From an uncultured Bacillales bacterium (GTDB lineage: Bacteria; Bacillota_I; Bacilli_A; RF39; UBA660), in assembly GCA_946412015.1 (NCBI GenBank), contig CAMKGA010000004.1, positions 3,858-67,857 of the forward strand: 64,000 nucleotides of DNA. The letters run 5' to 3'. Each line of letters begins with the position of its first letter. Positions within the stretch are counted from its first letter, which is position 1. Under the pieces are notes generated by a model, which saw only the letters and a program-made list of their open reading frames with translations, did no database searches and was not told the origin of the DNA. Position numbers and translations under genes: made by a program. Of this stretch, positions 47,394-57,704 are shown in pieces.

Positions 47394-50300
47394 ATGAAAT
47401 TAAAGAAGCATAAAAAAATTTTGATTCTTTTTGCTTTTGTTGTTGCTTTCTATGCCATTGTTAGTGGGACTTTTTCTATTTATAGAGAAAAAAAAGGGGA
47501 TAAGATTGATTTAAGTATTTTGGATGCTTCTGGAATGGTTACAGTAAATTTTAAGGCTAATGGTGGAGTAATTGATTCTGAAGATGAGACAAAAACTGTT
47601 CAATCAGGTACGACTATTGGACAATTACCAGAAGCAACAAGAGATGATTATAATTTTGATGGATGGTATACTGAACCAACGGGTGGAGAAAAAATTGATG
47701 AGAATACTGTGGTAACGGGAACAACTGTTGATTATTATGCACATTGGATTAAAATAGTATGTAAAAAGGCCGTAACTGGTACATTACACAGTGAAACTTG
47801 TGCTCAAGGTGGAGCGTGTTCAGGATCTGGCGGTGGTTATCACGCTAATGATACTATCTATTATGGAACAATTCCAAGTTCTATTAGCCCTATTGTCGGA
47901 GATGCTTATGATTGTGATGTAAACGATGATGATACATGGGATCCTCAGACTGAAAGATTTTATTATGTTAGACATTATGGGACAACAGATGAATTTGAAA
48001 ATTCTGTATTGGTTCATTATACAAGTTTTGATGATTTAGGGCAAATGGATTCATCTCCTTCAAGAACCAATTATTTATACGGAGATGCTAGTGATTATTT
48101 ACCTACATCTGCAACTTGGGATAATCCAGCTCTTATTGAAATGAATGGTAATATTACTAGATTTATTGCACGAGAGGATTTAGCTGCAGCTTGTGGTTCT
48201 GAATCAGGAGGAAATAAATTTGAAAATTGCCGCTTCTATTTAGAAAATAGTAGGTATCAATCTAGTAGTTTAGGTAGAGCAGGTATATGGTTAGCTGCCG
48301 AAGGAAATACACATTATAGAATTCATACAGAACAACTATCTGTTTCAGTTGCTGATACAGATAGTAAAAATACAGTTAGACCAACTATTCAAATTCCGTC
48401 TAATAGAATAGAAGATTTTAACAAGAAGAAAAAATATACTATAAATCTTGATTCTCAGGATGGAATGCCAAGCGAGTATTCTTTTGAGAAATGGGAAGGT
48501 GAAAGATTAGACACACTTCCAATCCCAACAAAATTTGGTTATATTTTTTCTGGATGGTATACAGACAATGAAGATTATACAACTGAAATTACACAAAATA
48601 CTATTGTAACAGGTAATATTAATGGATATGCTAAATGGGTACCTAAACAAGTGCCATTAGATTATGTATTCTATATACCAGGAGAGTGTTCTTTTACATC
48701 AACAGGTATTGTAAATGGTGAAAATGGAGATTGTATTAGTACAATTAATCCAACAGGATCAAATATTGATTATACAGGAAGTTCTTTATCTTCAAAAAAA
48801 TACATAGATACTCAAGTAGGTTTATATAATTCAATAAATCACGATAAAGATTTTGAAGTGGGATTTACTATCGTAAGTTATAATTCAGCTGATAATATAA
48901 ATAGAGCAACATTAGTTCATTCAAAAGCAGAAATAGTAAATAGATATCCAGGATTTACGTTTAGAAAAAAAGATGCTACAAATAATTTTTTACTACAGTC
49001 TAGAGAAACACAAAGTAGTAATGCTGAGTATATAATTGCATCCTCATCTGTACAAAATGTAAAAATATATAGAATAAGTAATTCTATTTACTATAGTATA
49101 AATGATGGTGAAAAAACTAAATTAAATGATTTAAATCAATACAATCCAGTTTTTGATTTAACAACTTGGTTTGGTGGTGCTCCAAAAGATGAATCAGCAC
49201 TTGTTGCGGATAGATTATTTATAGGTACATTAAGTAATATGTATATCAAACTATCTCCAACAGCAAAAGTAACATTTGATCCTAATTATACTGGAGAACC
49301 ATCATTTGAACAAGATGCTAATGTTGGTAAAAAAATTGGTGATTTACCAACAATTACTAGACCGGGATATGCATTTATTGGTTGGTATACCGATCCAGTT
49401 AATGGTTCTAAGATTAACTCAAATACTATAATTGATGGAGATATTAGATTTTATGCTCATTGGACTGATGGTGCTACAGTAACACTTCATGCAAATGGTG
49501 GAAGTGTAAGTCCAAATACAATAACAGTTTATCATGGACATGAAGTAGGAAATCTTCCGACACCAGAGAGAACAGGATATACTTTTGATGGTTGGTATCA
49601 AGATGTGAATCTTACAATTCCTGCTACATCAGAAACAGTAATAAATCAAAATACAGATTTCTACGCAAAATGGATTGAAAATGTTACTATTACATTTGAT
49701 GCTGATGGTGGAGAAGTAAGTCCAACTAGTAAAACACAAGCTTCTGGACTTGCAATTGGAGATTTGCCAATACCATCAAAAATAGGTTATGACTTTGTAG
49801 GTTGGTATACCGATAATACATATACAACAGAAGTAACTTCTTCGACAGTGTTTAATACAACAACAACAATTATTGCAAAATGGGAAGAATTAGATGATAT
49901 AACTGTTAATTTTGATGCAGATGGAGGAAGTGTAAGTCCAACTAGTGTTACATTCCCACCTGGATCAGCAATAGGTGAATTACCAATTCCGGAAAAAACA
50001 GGATATAATTTTGTAGGTTGGTATACGGATAATACATATACAACAGAAGTAACATCTTCTACAACATTTAATACAACAACAACAATTATTGCAAGGTGGG
50101 TAGATGAGCAATATGTAGCTTGTGTAGGATTGAATTGTTATCTAACATTAGATGAAGCTATAGCTGCGGTACCAACTACTAAAGTAAAAACTAAAGTTAA
50201 AATCTTAAAAGATATTACGACTACAGATACTATAAATATAACAAGTAGCAAATGGGTTGAATTAGATATTGGAAATAATACTATTAGTGCTACTAGCGGA

Positions 50301-53114
50301 ACGTTCTCTTTGTTTACAAATACAGGTAAATTAGATATTATTAATGGTAAATTATATAGTTCAGGTGGATATATTATTGAAAATAAATCTACTGCAACTG
50401 TAAATATTTATGATGGAGAGCTAACTTATAATAAATCAAGTGATGGTGAGAAAAAAGTAATTGAAATTAAAGGTGGAACAGTTAATATTTACGGTGGAAC
50501 ACTTTCTTGTAACTCTAAAGCTGCAGTAATTAATGTTAATGCAGGAGCGTCATTAAATGTATATGGTGGAAAAATTAAGGGTACTAATACATTTAAAGGA
50601 CAAGCAGTTTATAACAATGGTGGAATAGTAACAATAAGTGGAACAGCTTATTTAGAGAATAACTCTCAGACTGGTACTGCAAATGGTAGAGCAGCTCTTC
50701 ATAATAATGCTGGAACAATTAATATACTTGGTGGAACAATTATAAGTAATAATAATTCAGCTGTAAAAAATAGTGATACAATGACAATTGGTACTAATGA
50801 TGATCCAATAGATAATACAAACCCAGTTATGCAAGGCTATAATTATGGTTTAGAAATAGCTAGTGGGAAAACAGTAACAGTTTACGATGGTATTTTCAAA
50901 GGTAATGTAAATACTAATAATAAAGCAATTAATGATGAATCAGGCGTAATTGTTAATAATGCAACAATTGTTCATACCAATGAAACAATAGATAATATTC
51001 AATATGATGTAGCTTATCTAGAAGATATTTCAGTTAATATTACAGTAAACTTTAATAAAAATGGTGGGGATACGGTTGAGTATAATTCAAAAACATTAAC
51101 TGAAATAGGTCCTATTGGAAACCTGCCTACTGCAACTAAAGCTAATTCAGAATTCTTAGGTTGGTTTACTGCAGGAGTTGGTGGAGAAAGAGTACTTTCA
51201 ACAACAGAAGTTGATGATGATGTTACTTATTTCGCACATTATACAAACACAAAAACAGTATGTAGACCAGCGACTGTTCTACATTCATCTGGATCAACAG
51301 AATTTGGACAAATTCCAAGTAGTCCATCATTAAGTGCTGGAGACGCTTTTGATTGTGATGTTAATGGTGACGGCACATATGATGCAACAAATGAAAGATT
51401 TTATTATTTAAATAAAACAAGTGATGGCAAAGCAGTATTAATATTCTATAATAATACATCACAAGTTAATAATAATGTATCTCCAGTTTGTAGTGCAACT
51501 GCTGTTAGTTATGCTCCTACATTTACAGAAGGTCCAAATACAGCTATTTCTGAGCTTCCTACGATAGCTCAGTGGCCAAATGTAAGTTTATATACAGAGC
51601 CAAGAACTATCACAGATGAGTCTGGAAATACTGTTTTAAGTAATTATGTATATAGTGGTTCAGCTGCAAGATTTGCAACTCTTGATGAGATTAAAGCAGC
51701 AACTAATTCTAATTTAAATGAAACTGCAAATGAGTTAGAAGATTACACATTCTTACTTGAAAATACAATTTCATATGGAAGCGATTGTAGATCAAATTAT
51801 TGGTTAGAAACAGTTAATTCAAATGGTGGAGCTGAAAGAATTAATGGTGCTGTTACTGCTAAGAGTCTTGGCCATGCTTCTGGTAATTCAGGAGTAAGAC
51901 CTGTAATCGAAGTCCCATTTGATTCAATTGAAGGAGCAATAAATATTGTTGAATTTGATACAATTCCAGAAGCAATGAGAACATATTTTAACAATGTTAA
52001 TTCATGGAATACTGGACAGGATGATACAAATTATAGTAGTTTTAATGATGCTATGACAGCAAATCTTAATAATTATGATTGTGCATATTATAAAAATGAT
52101 AATGTTACAACACAATATGGTAGTGTCTATTGTGATCAGCCAAATAAGTATAATACAGGTATTACAGGTAATATTAATGTATATGAATATAACGAGTTAA
52201 CAGGATTAAGATCAAATAATACAGTAAACTATGTATTTAATGATAATGGTAAGCTATATAATTTTATTCCTGGTAAAACATATTATTGGGAATCAGCTAG
52301 TGATAATACTAAAAAAGGTTTTGTAAGACCTACTGGTGAAAGACGACTTATTACTATTCCTGGTGTTAATAGACAGACGCGTAATGTAAGAGATTTAGGT
52401 GGCCTTCCTGTTGATACAAATGGTGATGGTGTTATTGATGGAAAACTTAAATATCAAAAGCTATATCGTGGTGAAAAAATTTGGGGATTAAATAATGATG
52501 GTACAACAAGAGCACAATTTGAAAAGTTAGGTATTTATAATGAATATGACCTTCGAACTCCAGGTTCAGATATTGTTATATCAGAAGAAGATAAATTGGC
52601 AAATTATAATCAAAACGAAATAGTTCATTATAAGATTGATCATACTGAATTTGGATCTCCTGCAACAGAAACACGTTTCAATGGTAAAAGTTATTATCAG
52701 TTATCTAGAGATGCTGCAATAGATGTAATGAAAAAAGTAGTAGCTGGTAATGATGATTATTCTATTTATTTACATTGTCGTATAGGAGCTGATAGAACAG
52801 GTACTCTTGCTTATTTATTAGAAGGTGTTTTAGGAGTGCCAACGGAATATAGATATCAAGATTATGAATTAACAACTTTCTTCGGATTAAGAGAAAGAAC
52901 AAGGTATTATTATATGAAAGATTCTACTAATGATATGTATAAATTCATATATTTAAAAAAAGCAATTCGTCATGCAACTTTAGGAAATGATGAGATTACT
53001 GGAGAAGAAAATGTAATTGATTGGTTCTTATTAGAAGGTAATTCCACAAGTGAATGTAGTGATATAACTGCACTAATAAATCAATTTAGAGCTAAGATGA
53101 TTGACTATAATTAA
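47394..53114 (+). CDS. giant (1906 aa) surface/secreted protein: SipW-type signal, Listeria-Bacteroides (Flg_new) repeats, parallel beta-helix, duplicated VRPVI modules, C-terminal CX5R tyrosine-phosphatase-like domain
   Basis: N-terminal FAFVVAFYAIVSGTFSIY signal. Seven G[YF].F.GW[YF]T..........W repeats, Gly-rich GG..IYGG beta-helix repeats, and a C-terminal HCRIGADRTG (CX5R P-loop). Two ~220-aa modules end in ..YW..G....VRP[VT]I..P. Confidence 0.7.
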   Translation: MKLKKHKKILILFAFVVAFYAIVSGTFSIYREKKGDKIDLSILDASGMVTVNFKANGGVIDSEDETKTVQSGTTIGQLPEATRDDYNFDGWYTEPTGGEKIDENTVVTGTTVDYYAHWIKIVCKKAVTGTLHSETCAQGGACSGSGGGYHANDTIYYGTIPSSISPIVGDAYDCDVNDDDTWDPQTERFYYVRHYGTTDEFENSVLVHYTSFDDLGQMDSSPSRTNYLYGDASDYLPTSATWDNPALIEMNGNITRFIAREDLAAACGSESGGNKFENCRFYLENSRYQSSSLGRAGIWLAAEGNTHYRIHTEQLSVSVADTDSKNTVRPTIQIPSNRIEDFNKKKKYTINLDSQDGMPSEYSFEKWEGERLDTLPIPTKFGYIFSGWYTDNEDYTTEITQNTIVTGNINGYAKWVPKQVPLDYVFYIPGECSFTSTGIVNGENGDCISTINPTGSNIDYTGSSLSSKKYIDTQVGLYNSINHDKDFEVGFTIVSYNSADNINRATLVHSKAEIVNRYPGFTFRKKDATNNFLLQSRETQSSNAEYIIASSSVQNVKIYRISNSIYYSINDGEKTKLNDLNQYNPVFDLTTWFGGAPKDESALVADRLFIGTLSNMYIKLSPTAKVTFDPNYTGEPSFEQDANVGKKIGDLPTITRPGYAFIGWYTDPVNGSKINSNTIIDGDIRFYAHWTDGATVTLHANGGSVSPNTITVYHGHEVGNLPTPERTGYTFDGWYQDVNLTIPATSETVINQNTDFYAKWIENVTITFDADGGEVSPTSKTQASGLAIGDLPIPSKIGYDFVGWYTDNTYTTEVTSSTVFNTTTTIIAKWEELDDITVNFDADGGSVSPTSVTFPPGSAIGELPIPEKTGYNFVGWYTDNTYTTEVTSSTTFNTTTTIIARWVDEQYVACVGLNCYLTLDEAIAAVPTTKVKTKVKILKDITTTDTINITSSKWVELDIGNNTISATSGTFSLFTNTGKLDIINGKLYSSGGYIIENKSTATVNIYDGELTYNKSSDGEKKVIEIKGGTVNIYGGTLSCNSKAAVINVNAGASLNVYGGKIKGTNTFKGQAVYNNGGIVTISGTAYLENNSQTGTANGRAALHNNAGTINILGGTIISNNNSAVKNSDTMTIGTNDDPIDNTNPVMQGYNYGLEIASGKTVTVYDGIFKGNVNTNNKAINDESGVIVNNATIVHTNETIDNIQYDVAYLEDISVNITVNFNKNGGDTVEYNSKTLTEIGPIGNLPTATKANSEFLGWFTAGVGGERVLSTTEVDDDVTYFAHYTNTKTVCRPATVLHSSGSTEFGQIPSSPSLSAGDAFDCDVNGDGTYDATNERFYYLNKTSDGKAVLIFYNNTSQVNNNVSPVCSATAVSYAPTFTEGPNTAISELPTIAQWPNVSLYTEPRTITDESGNTVLSNYVYSGSAARFATLDEIKAATNSNLNETANELEDYTFLLENTISYGSDCRSNYWLETVNSNGGAERINGAVTAKSLGHASGNSGVRPVIEVPFDSIEGAINIVEFDTIPEAMRTYFNNVNSWNTGQDDTNYSSFNDAMTANLNNYDCAYYKNDNVTTQYGSVYCDQPNKYNTGITGNINVYEYNELTGLRSNNTVNYVFNDNGKLYNFIPGKTYYWESASDNTKKGFVRPTGERRLITIPGVNRQTRNVRDLGGLPVDTNGDGVIDGKLKYQKLYRGEKIWGLNNDGTTRAQFEKLGIYNEYDLRTPGSDIVISEEDKLANYNQNEIVHYKIDHTEFGSPATETRFNGKSYYQLSRDAAIDVMKKVVAGNDDYSIYLHCRIGADRTGTLAYLLEGVLGVPTEYRYQDYELTTFFGLRERTRYYYMKDSTNDMYKFIYLKKAIRHATLGNDEITGEENVIDWFLLEGNSTSECSDITALINQFRAKMIDYN
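49684..50103 (+). repeat. tandem near-identical duplication of a 216-bp (72-codon) Flg_new repeat unit inside the giant gene
   Basis: 49800..49878 and 50016..50094 are ~92% identical at DNA level (ggttggtataccgataatacatatacaacagaagtaac...); the flanking parts of the units are also similar. Confidence 0.6.
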
Positions 53115-53120
53115 AAAAAT

Positions 53121-53160
53121 TAGTAGTGTTGGTAATTATATTTACCAGCACTATTTATTT
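53121..53160 (+). terminator. putative rho-independent terminator after giant gene
   Basis: Hairpin agtgttggtaa-ttatat-ttaccagcact (one G-U pair) followed by a T-rich run. Confidence 0.4.
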
Positions 53161-53204
53161 TGAAATCTTGATAAGTTTAGTAAAATATGATATTATTCTA
53201 CTAG

Positions 53205-53660
53205 GTGATTAGAGTGGAAACGAAGCAAAGAAAAATTAAATTAAAAAGCATAATTATATTATTAAGTATAGTTTTAATAATTGGAGTTGTGTTAGTATTT
53301 ATATTGAAAAAAAATAATACAATAGATGATGGTCTTAAACACAATAATAATAAAAGTTTTGTACAAAAGCAAAAGGTAAAGGGGATTATTTTTAAAAATA
53401 TAAAATGTACTTATGATGGTAAAAATTCATTGATTAGTTATACTATGGTTAATAAAACGAAAAATAAAATATATTTAAACAATTATGATGTAATAGTAAA
53501 GGATAAAAATAAAGTTAAACTTGTTAGAATAGCTGCTCACGTTACACAAACTCTATCGCCTGATGAACCAGTAGATATGGCTAATCAAGTAGTAGGAGTA
53601 GACTTAACAAATGCTCATTATATGGAATTAAAATTGAATACCAAAAAGAAGGATAAGTAA
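53205..53660 (+). CDS. small membrane-anchored hypothetical protein
   Basis: N-terminal TM (SIIILLSIVLIIGVVLVFIL); no recognised domain. Confidence 0.3.
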   Translation: MIRVETKQRKIKLKSIIILLSIVLIIGVVLVFILKKNNTIDDGLKHNNNKSFVQKQKVKGIIFKNIKCTYDGKNSLISYTMVNKTKNKIYLNNYDVIVKDKNKVKLVRIAAHVTQTLSPDEPVDMANQVVGVDLTNAHYMELKLNTKKKDK

Positions 53661-53821
53661 TATGAGATTACTTATTTTTTTAATAAATATATAAATAGTA
53701 ATATATTTTATAATATAATTTATTTATAATATCTTCTATCGTGAGGTGGCGACAGTCATTGTGTAACAAATATTAAGTATAACAATTAAAGCCTAAATAT
53801 GATAAGAAAAGAGGAAATGCT

Positions 53822-54172
53822 ATGAATATTAGTTACATTAAACAAGGGGATTATTTATTACCTGATTTAATACTAAAAGAGAAAGTTCAATATAATATAG
53901 GAAAATATGGATTATTAAGATTAGAGTATATAAAAAAATATAAACTTGGATTATATTTTGATTTACTTGTTAATGATAATTTAAATGAATATCTTCAAGA
54001 TATAGACACTACTGTTATGGAGAAGGTGCAAAGTTTAATTAAAGAACTTGATGAAAAAGAAAATATAAATGAAAAATTAAAACAAGATAATCAAATACTT
54101 TGGGTAAGTAAAATGAATAATATTAAAAATATAGCAGAAGAAATAATTCTAAAGGAGTATATCTATGTGTGA
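53822..54172 (+). CDS. TnpV-like protein (Tn4451/Tn5397-type mobile element accessory protein)
   Basis: 116 aa; length and blocks (…EYIKKYKLGLYFDLL…NQILWVSKMNNIKNIAEEII) resemble what I recall of TnpV. This was not verified by search. Confidence 0.35.
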   Translation: MNISYIKQGDYLLPDLILKEKVQYNIGKYGLLRLEYIKKYKLGLYFDLLVNDNLNEYLQDIDTTVMEKVQSLIKELDEKENINEKLKQDNQILWVSKMNNIKNIAEEIILKEYIYV

Positions 54173-54464
54173 TATTACCGATAAAGAATTTGAAAGAATA
54201 TACTTACCAGTATGTATTAATTATGATAACTATCTAAAAGAATTTGTAATACCCGATGTAGTAGCTTTTTATATAGCAGATAATTTTTATAAGAAAGTAC
54301 TTTCTAAAGCACCACTTTATAATCATATTAATTCAGCAATAGATATTTTTAACGTAAGATGTGATATAGATAAATTAATACCATCTATAAAAAAGATATT
54401 AAAAATAAAATATAATTTAAGGATAGTAAAAGATAATCCATTAATATTAAAGAAATTTTATTAA
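54165..54464 (+). CDS. hypothetical protein (99 aa)
   Basis: ORF overlapping the tnpV-like stop by 8 nt. Confidence 0.2.
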   Translation: MCDITDKEFERIYLPVCINYDNYLKEFVIPDVVAFYIADNFYKKVLSKAPLYNHINSAIDIFNVRCDIDKLIPSIKKILKIKYNLRIVKDNPLILKKFY

Positions 54465-54696
54465 AAAGAAGAACTCTATCAAATTTAAACGATAGAGTTT
54501 TTAAGTTCAATTATTATTTTAGGAGTTATGTTATTGTCTAGCCAGCACTTAATTTGTACTCTCGTACGAAATTCTTTCGTGGGATTACTCCCAAACCCTA
54601 TTTTAAAAATTTGTAAGTATTTCAATGTCAAAATTAAAAATTTGTCGAATTATATGTTATAATAATATTGATTTGAAACTTTAGGAGTGAGAGAGT

Positions 54697-55353
54697 ATGA
54701 AAGAAAAATGTGGAGTAATTTATATATTAACTAATCCATCATTTCCAGAGTATATCAAAATTGGATATGCTGACGATGTTGAAGCAAGAGTAAAACAATT
54801 AAATAATTCTGAGGCTGTTCCTTTTTCATTTCATATTTATGCAACATTTGATGTAACTGAGAGATTAACTGATATAAAATTACACAAGTTTATAGATACT
54901 ATAAATCCAGAACTTAGAAGTAAAGAAAAAATAGGAGATAAAATTAGAGTCAGAGAATTTTATCATATGAGCCCAGAAGAAATGTATTCTGCATTTGAAA
55001 GTATGGCTGAAATAAATGGAACAACTAATAGACTTCATTTATGGAAGGAAACAAATGAAGAAATAGAAGATAGGAAAGAAGCATTATTATTATCAAAAAA
55101 TAGACATCATTTTAAAAATATAAATTTTCATTCAAGTTTAACAGGAAAAGATTATTATTCTAAAACAAATGAAGATGGAACTTTGGGTATATATGAAAAA
55201 GATACAGATAATGAAGTTCCTAATAATTCAAATCCCTCAAAACGTCAAATCTTATATTCAGCACTTGAAGATTTAGGTGGAGATGTATCTAGTGGAAATA
55301 CTTTATATCAATTAGAGCATAAATTAGAGAAAATTTTAGTTAGTAGGAAGTGA
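54697..55353 (+). CDS. T5orf172 / GIY-YIG superfamily domain protein
   Basis: GVIYILTNPSFPEYIKIGYADDVEARVKQLNNSEAVPF matches the T5orf172 (MUG113-like GIY-YIG) consensus. RBS ggagtgagag. Confidence 0.6.
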   Translation: MKEKCGVIYILTNPSFPEYIKIGYADDVEARVKQLNNSEAVPFSFHIYATFDVTERLTDIKLHKFIDTINPELRSKEKIGDKIRVREFYHMSPEEMYSAFESMAEINGTTNRLHLWKETNEEIEDRKEALLLSKNRHHFKNINFHSSLTGKDYYSKTNEDGTLGIYEKDTDNEVPNNSNPSKRQILYSALEDLGGDVSSGNTLYQLEHKLEKILVSRK

Positions 55354-55357
55354 TTAT

Positions 55358-56488
55358 ATGTCAAAGAATCATCAGTTAACAAACGCAAAAAAAAATAAAG
55401 ACGATGAGTTTTATACTGAATATTCAGATATTCAAAAAGAAATAAATGCCTATATAGAATATAATCAAGATGTTTTCAAAGATAAAACAATATTACTACC
55501 ATGTGATGATCCAGAGTGGTCAAATTTTACAAAGTTTTTTGCTCAAAACTTTGAAAGATTTGGATTAAAAAAATTAATAAGTACGAGTTATGCTAATGAT
55601 AAAAAGAATGATATATATATTCAATTATCATTATTTGAATCAGAGTCACCTAAATTTGATAAGAATAAGACTAATTCACATGGGAAAATATTTACATTAG
55701 ATAGAGATACAAATAAATCAGGTAGAATTGATATAAATGATTTAGAATGGGACTATCTAAAAGGAGATGGAGATTTTAGATCTGACGAAGTGAAAAAATT
55801 AAGAGATGAAGCTGATATAATAGTTACTAATCCACCTTTTAGTCTATTTAGAGAATTTATTGATTGGATTTTTGAGGGTAAAAAAGATTTTATAATATTA
55901 GGAAATGAAAATAATGAAACGGATAAAGATATCTTTACTTTAATTAGAGAATCAAAGATGTGGCTTGGTAAATCTAATGGTGAAATGGCTTTTAAAGTTC
56001 CAAAAACATCAGAAAAAAGAGATACAAGATTTTGGATAGATGAGACTGGTCAAAAATGGCGAAGTTTTGGAAATATGTGCTGGTTTACCAATCTTGATTT
56101 AGGAAGAAGACATCAACCACTGAGATTAATGAATATGGCTGATAATTTGAAATATAATAAACCATTAATAAAAACATTAAGTGAGAAGTATAATGTTGAT
56201 TTCTATCCTGAATTTGATAATTATGATGTGATAGAAGTTCCAAGATATGATGCAATTCCTTATGATTATAACAAACCAATGGCTGTTCCAATTACTTTTT
56301 TAAAGTATCATGACCCACATCAATTTAAAATTTTAAATGCAAATGATTTTAGAAAAAATAATTCCATTCCGATTAAAGCACATGGATTGATAAAAGATAA
56401 GGAAAGCACTATAAATGGGAAGGCAACATATGTTAGAGTTGTAATTATAAGTAGAGGTGAAGAATATGAAAACAATATTGAAAACTGA
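55358..56488 (+). CDS. EcoRI-methylase-family N6-adenine DNA methyltransferase
   Basis: N-terminus …NAKKNKDDEFYTEYSDIQKEI… matches what I recall of the M.EcoRI N-terminus (…KAKKSKSDEFYTQY…); catalytic TNPPFS (NPPF) motif at ~aa 157. Confidence 0.65.
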   Translation: MSKNHQLTNAKKNKDDEFYTEYSDIQKEINAYIEYNQDVFKDKTILLPCDDPEWSNFTKFFAQNFERFGLKKLISTSYANDKKNDIYIQLSLFESESPKFDKNKTNSHGKIFTLDRDTNKSGRIDINDLEWDYLKGDGDFRSDEVKKLRDEADIIVTNPPFSLFREFIDWIFEGKKDFIILGNENNETDKDIFTLIRESKMWLGKSNGEMAFKVPKTSEKRDTRFWIDETGQKWRSFGNMCWFTNLDLGRRHQPLRLMNMADNLKYNKPLIKTLSEKYNVDFYPEFDNYDVIEVPRYDAIPYDYNKPMAVPITFLKYHDPHQFKILNANDFRKNNSIPIKAHGLIKDKESTINGKATYVRVVIISRGEEYENNIEN

Positions 56489-57629
56489 TTTAACTGTTAG
56501 AGATATAAATGAAGGATTTGTTTATAATGAGTATGAAGGTAAAGGTTTATTTGGTTGGGGTGGAAAATTAACTATTCAACCAGAATATCAAAGGAATTAT
56601 ATTTATGCTGATGGGAAAAGAGATGTTGCAGTAATTGACTCATTATTAAAAGGATATCCTTTAGGTTTGTTATATTTTGTTAAAGTTGGGGAAGATAAAT
56701 ATGAGATATTAGATGGACAACAAAGAGTTACTAGCTTCGGAAGATTTATTACGGATAAATTTGCTATTAAGGATGAACATGGCATGGAGCAATATTTTGA
56801 TGGTTTTGCCAAGAATTTACAAGATAAAATTTTAGATTCTCAATTAACAATTTATATTTGTGAAGGTGAAGAATCAGAAATTAAAGAATGGTTTAAAACG
56901 ATTAATATTGTAGGTGTTCCACTTAATAATCAAGAATTATTAAATGCAATTTATTCAGGACCATTTGTAACTATGGCTCGTGAAGAATTCTCTAATTCTC
57001 AAAATGCAAATATTCAAAAATGGAGTGCATATATAAAGGGTGATGTAAATAGACAAGAGTATCTTGCAACAGCACTTAATTGGGTAAGTAAAGGGAATGT
57101 TGATAGTTATATGAGTCAACACAGATTTGATACTAATATTACAGAATTAAAATCATATTTTAACTCTGTAATAACTTGGGCATCAACTGTATTTAAAGAT
57201 GTTAAATCTGATATGAGGGGCTTAGAATGGGGAAGATTATATGAAATGTATCATAATAATTCATATGATCCTAACAAAGTTTCAGAAATACTATGTAAAT
57301 TATATGCTGACCCTCAAGTACAAGATACTAAGGGTATATGCGAGTATATATTGGGTGGATGTAAAGATACTAAATTATTAAATATTAGAGTATTTGATGA
57401 TAATACAAAGCGAGTTGTATATGAAAAACAAACTCAAGAAGCAAAATTAAAAGATATTAGTAATTGTCCATTATGTGCAATGGGAAATGACAATAATAAA
57501 AATAGAATTTGGGAATTAAAAGAGATGGATGCAGATCATGTAACAGCATGGAGCAAAGGCGGCTCTACTGATATTGATAATTGCCAGATGCTATGTCAAA
57601 CACATAATCGAGCAAAAGGAAATAAATAG
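56466..57629 (+). CDS. DUF262 (ParB/GmrS-like, DGQQR) + C-terminal HNH nuclease protein
   Basis: ILDGQQRVTSF is the DUF262 signature. The C-terminus CPLC...DADHVTAWSKGG...NCQMLCQTHNRAKGN is an HNH motif. Its start overlaps the MTase stop by 23 nt, which indicates translational coupling. Confidence 0.7.
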   Translation: MKTILKTDLTVRDINEGFVYNEYEGKGLFGWGGKLTIQPEYQRNYIYADGKRDVAVIDSLLKGYPLGLLYFVKVGEDKYEILDGQQRVTSFGRFITDKFAIKDEHGMEQYFDGFAKNLQDKILDSQLTIYICEGEESEIKEWFKTINIVGVPLNNQELLNAIYSGPFVTMAREEFSNSQNANIQKWSAYIKGDVNRQEYLATALNWVSKGNVDSYMSQHRFDTNITELKSYFNSVITWASTVFKDVKSDMRGLEWGRLYEMYHNNSYDPNKVSEILCKLYADPQVQDTKGICEYILGGCKDTKLLNIRVFDDNTKRVVYEKQTQEAKLKDISNCPLCAMGNDNNKNRIWELKEMDADHVTAWSKGGSTDIDNCQMLCQTHNRAKGNK

Positions 57630-57704
57630 TATTAAAGCGCTAGTACAGGCTTAAATATATTTAAGTTTTTGTATTGCGCTTTTTATGTAGTGGGAGGTAA
57701 TTAT

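Noticed and set aside
57630-57704. Perfect palindrome cttaaatatatttaag and aaagcgc...gcgcttttt hairpin between DUF262-HNH and ATPase genes, considered as an internal terminator splitting the cassette
   Set aside because: The loop is long and it is immediately followed by a strong RBS and start of the ATPase. It is more likely an attenuator or mRNA-processing site than a full stop; insufficient to split the operon.
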